The notes under the pieces are model-generated. The model was not told the DNA's origin. It ran no database searches and worked only from the letters and a program-made list of their open reading frames with translations. The position numbers and the translations under genes are program-made. A DNA stretch of 64,000 nucleotides, taken from positions 2,782,699-2,846,698 of the forward strand of contig CM082581.2 in the NCBI GenBank assembly GCA_040954595.2. Direction: 5' to 3'. Below, in pieces: positions 1 through 14,260 of this stretch. Origin of the DNA: Balanoglossus misakiensis. Taxonomy: Eukaryota > Animalia > Hemichordata. Every line of letters starts with the position of its first letter. Positions within the stretch are counted from its first letter, which is position 1.

Positions 1-1439
1 AATACAAACCGACTTTCTATTTTCAGATGTAACACTGCTAGTGGACAGTGTTGTACCCAAAGTTTTCTGAAGCTCAGATGAGCAATGGAATCATTGCACT
101 GAATGAGCTTTCATGTACCAGAATACTGTTTATTTTTAGCTACTGTTTATGTGTGCGCAGGTTTGAAACATTACAAGGAAACACTGCACTGTACCAGAAT
201 ACACTCACTTAAAACTATTGAAGGTAGGGATTTTGTTATGTGGCATAAATTAAAACAGGCTTGCTTGCAAAATGAATTTGTGCAGTTAGACTGCTTACAA
301 TCTAACCCCACGGTGTGCTTTGATTGGCCTACAAGGATCGGTTTGTTTGGACGTTAACATATACAAGTATATAGAGGCCAAGCAGATCAGATGATGTACA
401 TGTCTCTTTGCACACATTCTGAATTTATCCAGCAATCTACTGGCACCTAGACCCATGTCTAACCAAGGGAGTGTTCAGCTAATGCATGGGGGGGGGGGGG
501 AATGGACCAATTGTGGGGGAGGCATTTTTTCAAAATAATAGAAGGTGAAGGTCACATTTCATAAAGCTATATTCTTGTCGATTGAGTGTTCCATTATACA
601 GCTGGTATTCCATTACATAGTATGTACTTGTAAATGATTATGTTTGCCAATGATACCCAGTTGTGGTCAGGGATAATGGTATTTGTGCAGTTAGATGCAC
701 AGTATCTGATTTCTTATATGACCTCCCCATTTGTGTAGTATTCCATCTGGTAATTAGATTAGAATCAGTGACAAGAACATTGTTCGGAAAGTAAAATTAG
801 TTTCAGTCTGGTTGGCATAAATGTTTTGAAGCTGTTAAAACTTTGAGATACCAGGTACATATGTAGATACCACAGACAACTGCATGAGGTTGGAAGGGGT
901 AATTTCCAGTCATCTTTCTCAGATTTAAACAGAAGAAATTAAACAGTCTCTACATATCCAATGATTATCATTTTCAAAGGAAGAAAACACAGTAAGGGAA
1001 AACAATAGTTTTGATTATGGCCGAGTCAGTACTTCTGCTGTGAACCCAACCGAAAACATTACCGGTTATTGTGTGCTATAAAATGAGACCTATCCCCCAT
1101 CAGGGCTCCAGACACAACTATGGTGGGAGGAAGGGGAGAGGATCAGGAGGGGGGTAAGGTCAAATGCCATGCCATTTCAATCACTGCATGAGCGGAAAAT
1201 TTAACACTTTAAGTTTTGATTTACACGAGTGCTGGGTGGGCAGGATCAGAGCTATCACTTAGTCTCAAAACGAATGCCTTATGGAGCACCCACAAACACA
1301 ACTGTACCTTATTGTCTATTGTGTCATGACATCATGCGCCCAATGAGGAAAGCTGTTCAGTATTTGAAAAAAGATGTCTGGTCAAATCAGTGTACAACGA
1401 GTTTTATCTCCTTCAGATTCACAATCATTGGCTTCTGAT

Positions 1440-2950
1440 ATTAACATATTTTATACAAGGTTTTGACAAGCAAGACTTCTCTGAGGAGTGTGACATGAGG
1501 CTGTCCTCCTGTCCACCCCCATGCCAGAATGATGTAGTCATCACTGTGGGTGATGTAGTGCGACAACTCAAGTACCGTATATGAAACCTTGGACAGCCCC
1601 TGGCCCAGATGGTATAACTGGCAGTGTGCTGAAGGCGTGCGTGGATGGACTAGAGGCCTTGTTTCAGAATTTCTTTCAGCGCTCTATTGATACAGGCACT
1701 ACACCCAAAATTTGGAGGACTTAAAATTTTTTCCCAGTTCCTAAAATTACTTTTTCTTCAGAGCTAAAGCAACATCCTTCATAATGAAATGTTTGATATT
1801 GTCTCATCTACTCCCCTATGTTCAGTCAAAAGTAGATCCTAAAGGTACGGATGACGCAGCTTCTTGTCTCCTTCATAAATTGTTAAAACACCTTGATAAA
1901 GCCAGGCACTATGCCAGGATTATATTCATCGACTTCAGTTCTTCTTTCAACACCACTTAGCGTCACATTATGATAGACATATCATTGCAGGTAGGTGCAC
2001 CATGCACCTGCAATAGTTTATTGGGTTTATAACTTCCTAACTGACAGACCACATTGTGAGAGAGTAGGGGAGGCCTATCTACTGTGGTCTTCACAAATAC
2101 CAGTGCCCCCAAGGCTGTATCTTCAGGCTTAGCCCATTTACGTTCATTTTCTATACAAATGATTGCCAGAGTAATTGTTCAACTAGTTCATTTCTTTCCA
2201 ATTCTCTGATAGTGCAGCTGTACTTGTTCTTTTAAATGACACAAACTCGGAAACGGAATATGTAAACTTGGTAAAGTATTATTCTAATAGCTGTAATTCA
2301 AATTTTCTACAGCTTAATGTTTCAAAGACAAAAGAACTTAACGTTAACTTTCGTCGGGTATCAGGACCAAATGTCCCAATTTGTATTGATGGTGAACCCA
2401 ATGAACAGGTGGTCTTTTTTAAGTAGCTTGGTGTTATTCTTAACAATTAACTCTCTTTTAGTCAGCACACAACATCTATTCAAAAGAAATGACAGCAAAG
2501 ATTGCACATGCTCAAGAGGTTGTGTTCCTTTCATGTTAATTCATATCTGCTACTTTTGTTGTACTGGAGTGTTGTTGAACCACTGTGGACTTACTGCAAT
2601 GTGTGTTATTGCTTTCCATTGTTAAAAGTAACAAGCATCTTTTGGGAGACCCACACCGGTTCTCTCAGAGCTTGTGCAATCACTGCTGATGTAAACCATC
2701 CATCGTATTTCTCCTTTGAAATGTTACCCTCAAGTCATAGACGTCGTTGCCTTAAGTGGTCTAAGCTGAGGTTCAGCAACAGCTTTGTGCCAATGGCCAC
2801 CAGGAAAGTTAATCCCTGATATGTATAATGTTTTTGTCCTTTTTGTGGTGACGTGATTTTGTTGTGTTTCTGCCTGGTTTTACACTGTTATTTTTAAAAT
2901 TTACTATTGAGCCATAATAAGATTATTCTTTTTAGTACAATACAATACAA
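1440..2950 (+). mobile_element. Decayed non-LTR retrotransposon (CR1 group, Rex1/Babar-like), reverse transcriptase to 3' end
   Basis: Frameshifted RT motifs: APGPDGITGSVLKAC, GTDDAASCLLHKLLKHLDK, YARIIFIDFSSSFNT, FYTNDC, LNVSKTKEL, RLHMLKRLCSF, LPSSHRRR...RFSNSFVPMA. Ends in a (TACAA)n tail near 2936-2950. Many stops. Confidence 0.85.
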
Positions 2951-3899
2951 AAGTTGTTTTTGTTCTAAACATTATTCAATTCTCATCAAATCATGTAGGT
3001 GTAAAGAAGAGACATTGACTGAAAATTATGGTATATTTAACAAACACTAGAAAAAGTAGAACTAAACATTTTTGATCTTGCAACCTATACTAAGTTGGCA
3101 GCCACCACAGTCCTGCATTGATCATCTCACAGAGTCATAATGTGGTGATGTTCAAAGGCAATAATGGTTAATCAGACCTTCAACTTTACAACATTAATTG
3201 CTCTGACATTGATTTCAAATGTTGAAGTTTATTTGCAATGGCAACGGTTGAATTAGGATCTTGTTTTTCACTTGGTTGGTTGATTGACAAACTTAGACAT
3301 AGAATGCCATGGTGCTATTCTCTGGTACTGTTGATAGAGAAAGAATAGGTGACCTGTTCTGCAAAGTAGCTGACCAGATGTCTTGATGGCCCGGCGCCTG
3401 CTTAGTGAGAACTCAGAATTTTATAATTATACAATTATGATTTAAGTCCGAATTGTATCGTTTGGTCAATTACCTCTGTATGCCTGATTCTTGATGTTGG
3501 TAAAAACCATAAACAACCTTGTTTATTTGGATAGATTTTATGGGACCAAGAAGGTGGACACTTAACATAGTCCTTTCTGGTAGACTTGCATCATACAAAT
3601 GAGGACTAGAGAGAGGGTCACATTGAAGCACTGTGGGTACAGTTTGATATGACGAAGCTGAGGTGTCATACTTGCATCTAAATTTAACATACCCTTTATG
3701 CGAGGGTTATGTCATTATACAAATTTGGACTAATATAGAGGGAGGGTAACACTTATTAAATTTTCTGCTGCTGGGAGAGATCTGCATTTAACACGACTGA
3801 TTGACCTCAATTTCTCGTGCCTCCGCCCCTCAGAATAAATGAAAGCTTTGTTACAGCATGGAGGTACTCTCTAGTACCTCCACGGTTACAGCAACCAAT

Positions 3900-4150
3900 T
3901 CTCCCCACCTTAAATAGGTTTTAAGCTACCTAAGTGAGTGATGAAAATCTCATATGGTCAACACAATTTCAAGATGGCCGATTTTTGCCATGTTTAAAAA
4001 ATGGGAGTTCATGAGCTAAAGTGATGATGGGTCATTCTGAAACTTTTTAACATAAAAAATAACAAAATGTGTAAAAAGTTAAAATGAGTTGCTAACTACA
4101 AAAATAGACATGTTTGTCCAAAGGAAGTCATGAAATACAGTAAACATATC
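3900..4150. repeat. Dispersed repeat with an inverted copy at about 41910-42143
   Basis: ccttaaataggtt...gctacctaagtgagtgatgaaaatct...gatggccgattt...gagctaaagtgatg matches the reverse complement of 41985-42143. Confidence 0.75.
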
Positions 4151-4484
4151 ATTTCTTCTAACTCTTACTACAGTGGGTTGTCGACTTTTTGCCCATAATG
4201 CAATGTGATTTGACCCCCCTAGCACAGAGTGAAATCCTATTTAAGGCAGCCAGAATTCATATTACCCCTCCAGTCAGTGCAGATATATGACCACACATTT
4301 AAAAAATATTTATTTTTTTAATTTTTTAATAATAAGTGTACACATCTGCATTGAACTAAATAATTAAAATAAATAAATATATACACTGAGTAAATAAACT
4401 AAGTAAATAAATGTACGCTGACTAAACCTATGCTTCCTAAACTAATAAGCCTAATTAACTAAATACTAAACTTATACTAATTAA

Positions 4485-4494
4485 CTAAGAACTG

Positions 4495-4570
<76 letters not shown>

Positions 4571-4703
4571 ACTATTCAAAAGTTTGGACAAATACATGTG
4601 TACACTCACTCACTCACTCACTCACTCACTCACTCACTCAGACAGACAGACAGACGGACGGATGGACAGACAGACGGACGGACGGACAGATGGACAGACA
4701 GAC
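4485..4703 (+). repeat. Compound microsatellite (AACT)n, (CACT)n, (GACA/GACG)n
   Basis: Directly visible tetranucleotide arrays. Confidence 0.95.
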
Positions 4704-5149
4704 AGGTTTATCAAAATGGGTATTACTGAGGAGGAGGGGGGGGGGGCAGTTTGGGCGAAGACTGGTTGGGGCATTTCAGAGGACATTTCAAAATCAAATT
4801 TACTTGAGGCACCCTGAGGAAATTGTTAAGACGGGTTCTCATGTGCTATGGTTAGGGCGCTACTTTTTTATCATAAGTGGGTAAACATTTCTTATCAGGG
4901 ACTTCAAAATCTTGTGTCCACACATTTTACTTGAGTTTCAAATAGGTCGGAGATCAACAGGCATTTGCATGATCTGCTACCGATTCATTGTAACTTTTCA
5001 TTGGAGGTTGCACTTGAAAGACAAAATGCAAAGTAGTTTTTTGGGGGTTATGAAACAAAAGTTACATGAAAAACTTGCTTGATTTCTGATCCATACGCAT
5101 GTATTGTATTGCAGCAATCGAGTGAACAAGCTACGCCAGTATTCTAGTC

Positions 5150-5185
<36 letters not shown>

Positions 5186-6225
5186 CGCTTTTCAAACTGT
5201 CACTCGTATCTTCTTGAGAAAACTCACAACTTGGGTTTTAAACAAAAACAATGTTGTGGAATAAACAACTACAAACACTAAGTAAAGGTCAGAAAAATTG
5301 CATCAAAACTAAAAAAAGTATTCAAACAAGATAAATGATTACAATCAAAGATAAAATAAAAGATTTCAAACAATTTGCAGATTTGCCATTCAGGCAAATA
5401 CAGCCAAAGCAAGAGATGTCAAGCAAATCGAGCAACTCTTACAACAAGGTGGAAAGTACACAAGTCATGCAGACTGAATGTTTAACAGTGACTGATTGAA
5501 TATTGATGCCATAGCATATTGGATGGTATTGTGAAATGTGTCTGTCTACATTGTGTTTCAATATAGCTCCCAGCAGTATTCACTTTGCGTGAATTTCTCC
5601 AGGTCTTCAACCAATTTGTCAGTCTTGTGGATCATTTGTGAGGTGCTATGATTAACCCCGGCAACTGTCAATCCAGCAGAGGCAATGTCATTAACAATGA
5701 ATTGCACTTGCATAACTGACTCAGAGGGCCCAGAGGGAAAACCAGTTTCATCCAAAAACAAAGAATAGCCAGTGCCTTGGGGGTCTAAACCATGGGATTT
5801 GCAACAATAAGACTGTTGTCCCCTGATATCAATGCATCCGTAGAAGAATTTGAAAAGCTTGGTGATAAAAATGCAGCAAATATGCAACATGCAAATGAGA
5901 GTAGTCCCCATAATGACAGGAAACCTTTTAATGGTCTCATAAAATAAACTAGCAGAAAAGTCGTAAAAAATTTCCCTGTGATGCATCGTTGGAGATCATA
6001 CATTTTATGAAATTTTTTCTATGGATATGAAAATAGTGGTACTTAAAGAGTGTGACAACCTATGAACAAGGATTAATCCTCACTACTTCAGCCTTGAAAC
6101 AGAAATGCATTAAATTTTTGATAAAAACTATACAACGGTTCTTACAAAACATGTGCTGTCTTTGGCCTGGCTACATGTTCCCTTTTGTTGAATTAAATTT
6201 GGCACTTGAAAGTCCAGCCAACTTT

Positions 6226-9200
6226 TGAAAGCATGGGAAGATTGTGACCCGCAGCAGGTTAAAAGGGGGACAGATCACATTTTCGGGGGACAATATATCA
6301 GGACAGTGTTCTCCCTGGGAAAAATCATACAGTCAGGACTAATTCCCATAAAATTTACATAATCATAGCTTCTTTTGGACAATTTTACCACGGCCGTTAC
6401 TTATCAAGTATGCTGACATTGGCACATCGTACTTACTAAGAAAGAATATTGTCTTTTTTATATCCAGAGTAAAGTAGGCCTAGTGAAATACTATTACTAG
6501 TGGAAGTATTTGAAATTGACATGGGGTTACGACGTCCACTCCAATAAAACACCCTGATGTTCCCACGACTTGCTTTGCGCCTCAAAAACTGTGATGTTGT
6601 CATATTTTTAACGCACTAGCAACAACCAGTAGTAAGAGAGACTGATAAATCGATGCTGATATGATAGCCTGTTTATTGATGTTTTAAAATGGGGTAGAAA
6701 TTTTATACATGTCAGACATTTAGAGGGTAAAAAATGGCAAATATTCAACAGTGTCGAGCAGTTTTCAAGTTGGAGTTGGACAGCTTCCTGCTATATGCCA
6801 ATTTACTAACATACGGATGGGACCTTTGACACAAGCCACTTCTTGTGTCAGCTGCTCGATCGCACAAGTGGTTGGCTTAATTCAAGACACTGCGTTGTTT
6901 ATCATGATGGTGGTTGTTGATTCTTATTTGTTTGTTTGTTTATTTATTTGATTATTTGTTTCCCCGAACAGAACGCCTAATTCACCTGTGTCCTGGATGA
7001 AACACTGCCTGCCCATGCCAAGTTCACAAGTTTTCAGTGCGGGTTGTCTTTTACATCCTACTACATTATGTAATTTTTAGAAATTGGACATTTCCTAAGA
7101 CAATTAAGACATCTCAGATTTTGTGTTAATTATGATATACTGCCATTGGTGAAGAAAAGTTATCTTGTATTGTTTTTTCTTTGGGGGGAAAGATCAACAT
7201 TCAGGATCAGATTAATTACTTTCAATTGATAATAATTTTTTTTTTTTTGCAATCATACCCCATCCTATCCTAAACAAAATCAAATAGTGCAAAGTAATTA
7301 AAAAGTTTACCTTATCAAGTAGGCATAAATCAGGGCAGGTGGCCATGAAATTTACCTGCCTTTGCAATTATTACCGGCCCTGGGGAGCTGTTAATTTTAT
7401 AAGCCTGTGCAGACGCACAGACACATGGCATGACCTCCAACAAAAGTTGCTTCATCTTATGTCATGTTTAGCTGAGTTGTTACAATGCGCGCACACGCTC
7501 AGTGCATTGCTTGTGTTTAAATACTAGGCTATTGATGCGATTTATAGGACGCCTGTCTAGAGATAACTTGTGCACTGAATGAAATGGCAGCGCACTGCTC
7601 TTGACAGCGTGCAGAGCTGCATTGCTTCTTGGGTGATTCAAGCCGTGGAAGGTGTGAAATCACTCAGTTGTGTTCACTAAATTGTCAAGAATTGAAAGGA
7701 AGTAACAAGTTACAGTGAAAGCAACGGTGGACGCAAAGCAAAAGTATAGGGGTGACAATCAGTCACATTATTGCTCACTCAGGAAGAATGCATCACAGTG
7801 ACCCATGAAGATTATTCCGTTGTGACAATCCAACATTTATTGCGTCAAATGTCGCAAGGCCGCACGCTAGCTGAAATACTGAAAGAGAGAGCATATTTGG
7901 TAGGCAGTCATACAACATAAAGACAATGTGACTTTTGCCAAATATTCAGAGGGTATCAACTTCAAGGACAGAAAACGTGGACATTCCTGCCTGCTATTTA
8001 GGTTAGTGGTTAGAGGTTAGAGGTTAATGTTAGAGGTTAGATTGGGGTTAAAGGTTAAGGTGCAAGTGCAATAGAAGGCTGCAATGTTCAAGTGTAACTG
8101 TCCTGAAAGCAGTCATCTGAATATCTGTAGGCCTGCAAGGTCCTAACCAGTAGACTGTGATAACATGGGATTTCTAGACACAAGCAAGACATTCCTTCAC
8201 TTGGTAACAGTATAATTTTATCATACAAGTAGTTTTTGTCTGTCTATCAGAACTACCTTTGCTTTGTAAAATTTTAATGAAAAGTAGGAAGTTTCAGATA
8301 ATCAGTTGGAAAAACAAATGGGTGGCTTAGAATCCTAAATAGGTGCTCTCTCTGTGTTTAAAACACTAATACTATCTAAAATCCCAAATGATAGAAATAA
8401 AACAATATACAGTGTTTCAGCTTGCGTGCGTACTTGCGACATTTGATGCAATAAATATTGGATTGTCACAACAAAATAAATCTTCATGGGTCACTCTGAC
8501 ACATTCTTACTGAGTGAACAACAATATGACAGATTGTCACCTCCCATACTTTTGTTCTGCATCCACCTTTGCTTTCACTGTAACTGGCTACTTCCTTTCA
8601 ATTCTTGACAATTAGTGAACACATTTGAGTGATTTCACGCCTTCCACGGCTTGAATCACCCTAGAAGCAACGCAGCTCTGCACGCTGTCAAGAGCAGTGC
8701 GCTGCCATTTCATTCAGTGCACAAGTTATCTCTAGACAGGCGTCCTGTAAATTGCATCAATAGCCTAGTAACACAAGCAACGCACTGAGCGCGTGCGCGC
8801 ACTGTTAACAAATCAGCTAAACATTACAAAAGATGAAGCAACTTTTGTTGGAGGTCATGCCATGTGTCTGCGCGTCTGCACAGGCTTATAAAATTAACAG
8901 CAGCCCAGGGCCAGTAAACTGCAAATGAACATGGTCACCACCGTGAAAAAATGCTAGAAACAAGGAAAACGTTGCATTTCCCACTATAAAATTTCATAAA
9001 CGAAGCATGATCTCATCCAATACAACTGTGGAAGTAAATGTACTCCGCTGGGACATTACATTTTCATTTTTGATTGCAATATTGCAGGAATTTTCGATTT
9101 TCTTTAATTTTTGGCCATTTTGTCCAAAATAAGTGATCTTGATATATACTATTATGAAATATCATTTAATAGACATAATTCAAAGGATATATGGGATTAT

Positions 9201-10288
9201 TTAAAACTTAAAATGTTTATCCAGTTGCAGCTCATGTACCTTTAATCTAATCCTGAATGTTGATCTTTCCCCCCCCCCAAAAAAAAAAAAATCACAGAAA
9301 AACTCAGACTCGGTCACAGATATCTAAAACAGAGGAATGGCGTAAACATCAGATCAGCTGATTGCAGTCAATCCATGTACTGTACATTTCTAGTATCATA
9401 TTCAAACATCAGGAAATAAATAATGAAGGTTTATTAACGCATGCAAAAATTCATTTAAGGGTTCTGCTGAAATATATTTGAAAAAGTTTTGATTTTTGTG
9501 AAATCTTGGTGAGGACTCAGGCAATATTTGCATTCATTGGCGTTCTCAGGAAAGTTCACGTATACGAGTGCTCGAAAGGTTGCATTACATAAACAAACTC
9601 GCCCTCGATCGACCCTCCATACCGCGTAGACAACATAACAGTGACAATTGCGGCATCACTTTTTACGTATAACTTTGTTGACATGACTGCTTGGTACATG
9701 GTACACGGTATGTATGGTGAACGAATGTCAATTCCAGTATCATCTAGAGGTTTGCTTTACGTGTGGGACCAAGCCATGTTGAAAACTGCGCGTGATTCAA
9801 GAGCAGATGACATGTAGTGCCGCATTATGAAGAAAAAAATAAACAAATCGCTAGTCAAGGTCAGATTTAAAATTAATAAATATTGCAGTACATTGTATTT
9901 ATTCTGTGAATGTTTGCATTTCTTTTTTAGCCCTTAATATGTTCGCATTGTTTGAAAGCTCCGTTATTCAGTCAGAAATTGTCCACGTCTGGCTGGTTCT
10001 TGAGTGTGTTGCGCGTCCACGTCATAACACGATACATTATCTGTAATAATTTACAGCAATGACGTCACAAAATTCACTTGATAAAGCTATAATATTAAAT
10101 ATTTTATATCGATGTTGAGGGGCCTTAGTGATGTCCAAAAGAAGCTATGATTATGTAAATTTTATGGAAATTAGCCCTGAATTTATGACTACTCCCAGGG
10201 AGAACCCTGTCCTGATATATTGTCCCCCAAAAATATGATTTGTCCCCCTTTATAACCTGCTGCAGGTCACAATGTTCCCATGCTTCAC
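6226..10288. repeat. Large degenerate palindrome with three nested pairs of inverted arms
   Basis: Arms 6226-6381/10131-10288, 7181-7215/9242-9280 and 7361-7880/8410-8925 are reverse complements sharing a centre near 8.15-8.25 kb. Confidence 0.85.
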
Positions 10289-11798
10289 AGTACAATATTT
10301 TACCCACAATTCTCCATGATTTGTATCATTGAACGTTGCCCATTTAATAACTTTTTCTTTTTTACATGCTAACAATGATATGAAGTACATAGAAATATAT
10401 TTATTTTTATCTAGGAAAAGTATGTTAAGCAATTAGAGTGAAAATCTCAAAATCAAAATTAGAAGCCATAGGAATCTAGATATTCATGTACTGCAAATGT
10501 CACACTTTAGGGGAAACAAGCAATGACTAACTGGGGTGGCCAGTCTCTGTTGAAAGTTAACATGTAAATTTCCTTTGTTCTGTCAATAGAAAAATCAATT
10601 TTTGTTTGATTAAACGGGTATTTCAAGTGTCCCTGTGTTACTTCAAACTTCTTTGTATAGCTGGCTATGCAATTGCTTGATTATTTTATAAAATTAGTAT
10701 CTCCTCTCTCAATAATGCATAATTTTAAAAATAATTTGAAATGGTTATTCACAGTAAGATTTGCCTTAAAAGTACGATCTCGAACTTGGTATTAGTGATC
10801 TACAATTCTCTGTTCACATGTGAACTATGCCTGGTTTGACTGAGGATTATCTGTTGGTACAAATCAGAATGAATCATGAGATATTTCTAGTACTGTGTGC
10901 TTTCAACAGCTGGCTGAAACACTGATAATATACCAATTTGCTTGTAAATTTGAGGAATTTTACCTGATGAAATAACAATTTGTATTTTATCTGTCTAGCT
11001 GAATTTTGGTGATTATCATTATGCTCCATATTTGCCTTTGTACTTTTACAAATATTTATAATCGAGGTTGAAGATATGTAACACCACTAATATGTAGATT
11101 TGAATGTATTTGATAATAAACAGAGGTCGCGATAACATTTTTTTGAGTATGTATTTTTGATGCATTCATAAAAAAATGTGTCAAACTCCTTTTATTTAGC
11201 CTGCGTCGTACACATGTCTAATTCAAAATTCATCAAACAAAATTAGCTACATTTTGAGTACAAAAGGTCGGGCACGCAAGTGATTATTTTGATCCCAGGG
11301 GTAGTGAGCGGTATGCGTATGGTTTACGTTGACCATTGTGCAAATAGAGAGGCCATTCCTATGTGTCAATATTGATGCACTTATTAAGATTTTCACGTCA
11401 AATGAGTATTTTGGCGTCAAAAATACATAATTTTTGCGTAAACACAACCAAATGATAAATGCACAATTTTTTTAATAAACAGCGAAAATGGATGCATGTG
11501 CTGTTGAATTTCAGTCACCAAGACGATGCATGTAGTCTGTGACAAACGTAACATTCCATACAAAGCGTATGATTTCATTTTATGAGTGTCTAGCTATTAC
11601 ATTATATTTTCAGCGAATTTACTTGCAACACATTGCAGGATGCTACAATCTCTAGTGCAAATTTGTTTGCGAAATTATGTTTTGCTTTACATTATATGAC
11701 AAAAGTGAACATGTGTGCATGACTGCCAGATGCTGTTATTTTTCATTTGTCAAGTATACCAGGTCTCATTCACTGGCTTTAGAGAGGCTTTATATATA

Positions 11799-13321
11799 CA
11801 GACCCGCCAATAAGTATTTACGCACCTTGACCATGAACGTTTGCTATAAAAAATTATTCACAAAATCGATCGACTGTAACTTATTTCCGAAAATAAATAA
11901 ATAACCTACGGAAGGTTTAACCCATTTTAGTCAACACAGATGTGTTGGCGCGCCGAATATGACTGCATACGCGGCGTGTTTTTCGGCCAGTGAAATTTCC
12001 TATGATTATTGCAATGGCGGTATACTCATTTTCATTAACTTTTCGAGCCATTGTGTCCGTGGCTAATTTCCCTCTATTCATATTTTAATCTCCACCAATC
12101 AGACCTTTTACATATAATTCTGATTAAATTTTGGAGCGGGAAAATCTGCCAGATTTGCTTATGAATATTCTGATCGAGGTCGTCGGAGGTTGCTGCATAA
12201 TTTTTGTTTGTAAACATTGAATAAGTGAAATCATGCTTAAAGTTCGGGAACTTCCTGAATTTGTGAAAGGTCAAATTGAGGCACTGCATAGGCAAGGTTT
12301 GAGAAACCGAGAAATTGCAAGGAAGTTTGGAATCACTGAAGGCAGCGTCAGGTACAACATTCAGAAACTTGTTCGAAATGGTAGCACGGACAATTTACAT
12401 CGATCTGGACGGCTAAGGCGAACAACTAAACGGGAAGACTGAATGTTGATTAGATCAAGTCTGACGGACAGATTCAAGACGGCCCGTGACCTCTGCGCAA
12501 AATTTCATGAGGACACCGGGAAACTTTTGAGTATGAGCACAATCAAATCCCGATTGTATAGAAGAGTCAGACTCCATGGATGTGTGGCCAAGAAAAAGCC
12601 GAAATTACAACCCTGGCACAATGCAGCGTGACTACGCTTTGCCCCGCGTTACGTCAACTGGACACCTGTTCAGTGGTTCCAGGTTGTTTGTGATTTTGTG
12701 TTCCAACAGGATAATGCCCACGAACATACTGCCTTGGATGTGAAATCATTTCTGCAAAATCCCCAGGATTACGGCTATCCGTTCGACAATTTTACAACGT
12801 TGGAGTGACCTGCAGCCTAGTCTCCAGATTTGAGCCCCATCGCGAACCTGTGGGAGTTAATCGACTTGGACGTTCTTTCCCGTCCAATACACAGCATCAA
12901 CGACCTTTTTAACCGCATAGTAACATCTTGGGAACAATTCCTGCAAAATATGTCGCAAACTCGTCGATACTATGCCGAAGCACCAGCGAGAGGTAATTAG
13001 GCGAAGGGGTGGACATATCCATTATTGACATTTGGTTCGTTCGATTTCACCTCATGAAAATTCATGACATACTTTGCATTGTTGTCCCCAAAGAGAATGG
13101 AATGTTTCGCTGACTCCGTCGCACATCTATTTTTACGTCGATATTTCTCGCTCAAATTTAATCGGAGATGAAAGATTTTTGTTGTATGACTGTTATTTCT
13201 CGTGAATTTATGAAATATATTTGAAATTTTGCTAAAAACTGTCAGCAAGGTGTGTTATTTCATGTTTCTGAAATGTTTTCACTGCAGAACTTGGGTGCGT
13301 AAATACTTATTGGTGGGTCTG
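11799..13321 (+). mobile_element. Tc1-family DNA transposon, non-autonomous
   Basis: 28-bp TIR cagacccgccaataagtatttacgcacc / ggtgcgtaaatacttattggtgggtctg with 1 mismatch. TA on the left; right TSD altered. Confidence 0.92.
12233..13030 (+). pseudogene. Tc1 transposase pseudogene
   Basis: Paired-like HTH (GLRNREIARKFGITEGSVRY, RSGRLRRTTKRED), then FVFQQDNA and SPDLSPIANLW (catalytic E changed to A). In-frame stops, and the first catalytic D region is deleted. Confidence 0.9.
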
Positions 13322-13679
13322 ATACATGTACATGTCTGTACATATTATTCTTGATGTTGTTGTAAACATTTCTTTTGTGTCTGTTTCAAAGTCAGATGAG
13401 GTGGGTTATAACACCTTGATTCATAGGTTGTGTGACTTTTGAAAACCATCACTCACATTCATGGAAGAGTTTCATCCTAAAAACAGTATACTTCAGCTGT
13501 CCCTAATAATAGCCTTTGTGTAAATTTCCCCTCTCTAAAGTGAGACAGAAGTAAAGAAATCATCTTCATAATGAAGATGTATGGGATAGCTGGTGAAGTG
13601 CTCAATACATTGCCTTCAGTGTGTGTTCCACTAGATGAAACAGTACTACAATGTGGAAGCAGTACGGATGAGGTGCGTT

Positions 13680-14260
13680 CAGTTGGCATCCTTCAGTCTT
13701 GAGAGATCAATTGGATCTTCATGCTGGGATATGCTGGTCTAGATCTGGAACAGCATCGGGTGCGACTAGTCAATCCAATGTGAGAATGACTGTCTCTCTG
13801 ATACTTTAAACAGGTGAAGGCTTAGGAGGAGCTGTTTGTCTGGCTTGATGCCTTCCTTCTCTGTCTCTTGACTCCGCACATTTTGGCGAGTGTCTCTTCA
13901 AAGTTGGAGAGCCGTTGCCAACCACTTCAAGACTTGTCTTCAGGTCATTCGGTCTGAGGCTAATTTTTAGACTCCCAAGAGTTTGTGTTGATGTCCAGAG
14001 ACTTTGTGTCTCTTTTGCAAACATCCCTGTGGTGTAACTGTCAGGTCTGTTTGCCATTAAGTGTCAGTTTGCGCCGTACAGGAGGTCTTTTAGGATCCAC
14101 CCATCAACTGTGAGCACATTGCCAAGCCAGTGTATTGTGTCTCTGCTTCAGCAGACTGTACCAGGTACATGCTAGAAATTCCAACTCTCTTCAGGACAGT
14201 GGTGTTAGTAACTTTGTCTTGATATTTCACATCCAGGATACGTCACAGGCAGAACATGTG
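13680..14260 (-). mobile_element. RTE-clade LINE, 3' fragment (more degraded pieces may extend to about 14.9 kb)
   Basis: Minus-strand remnants RILDVKYQDKVTNTTVLKRVG, DVCKRDTKSLDINTNSWE and the C-terminal FTC...SHIGLTSRTRCC. RTE-type 3' end gactgaaggatgccaact. Confidence 0.75.

Noticed and set aside
8000-8060. Interstitial telomeric repeat
   Set aside because: The units are degenerate (ggttag/ggttaa) with no run of TTAGGG.
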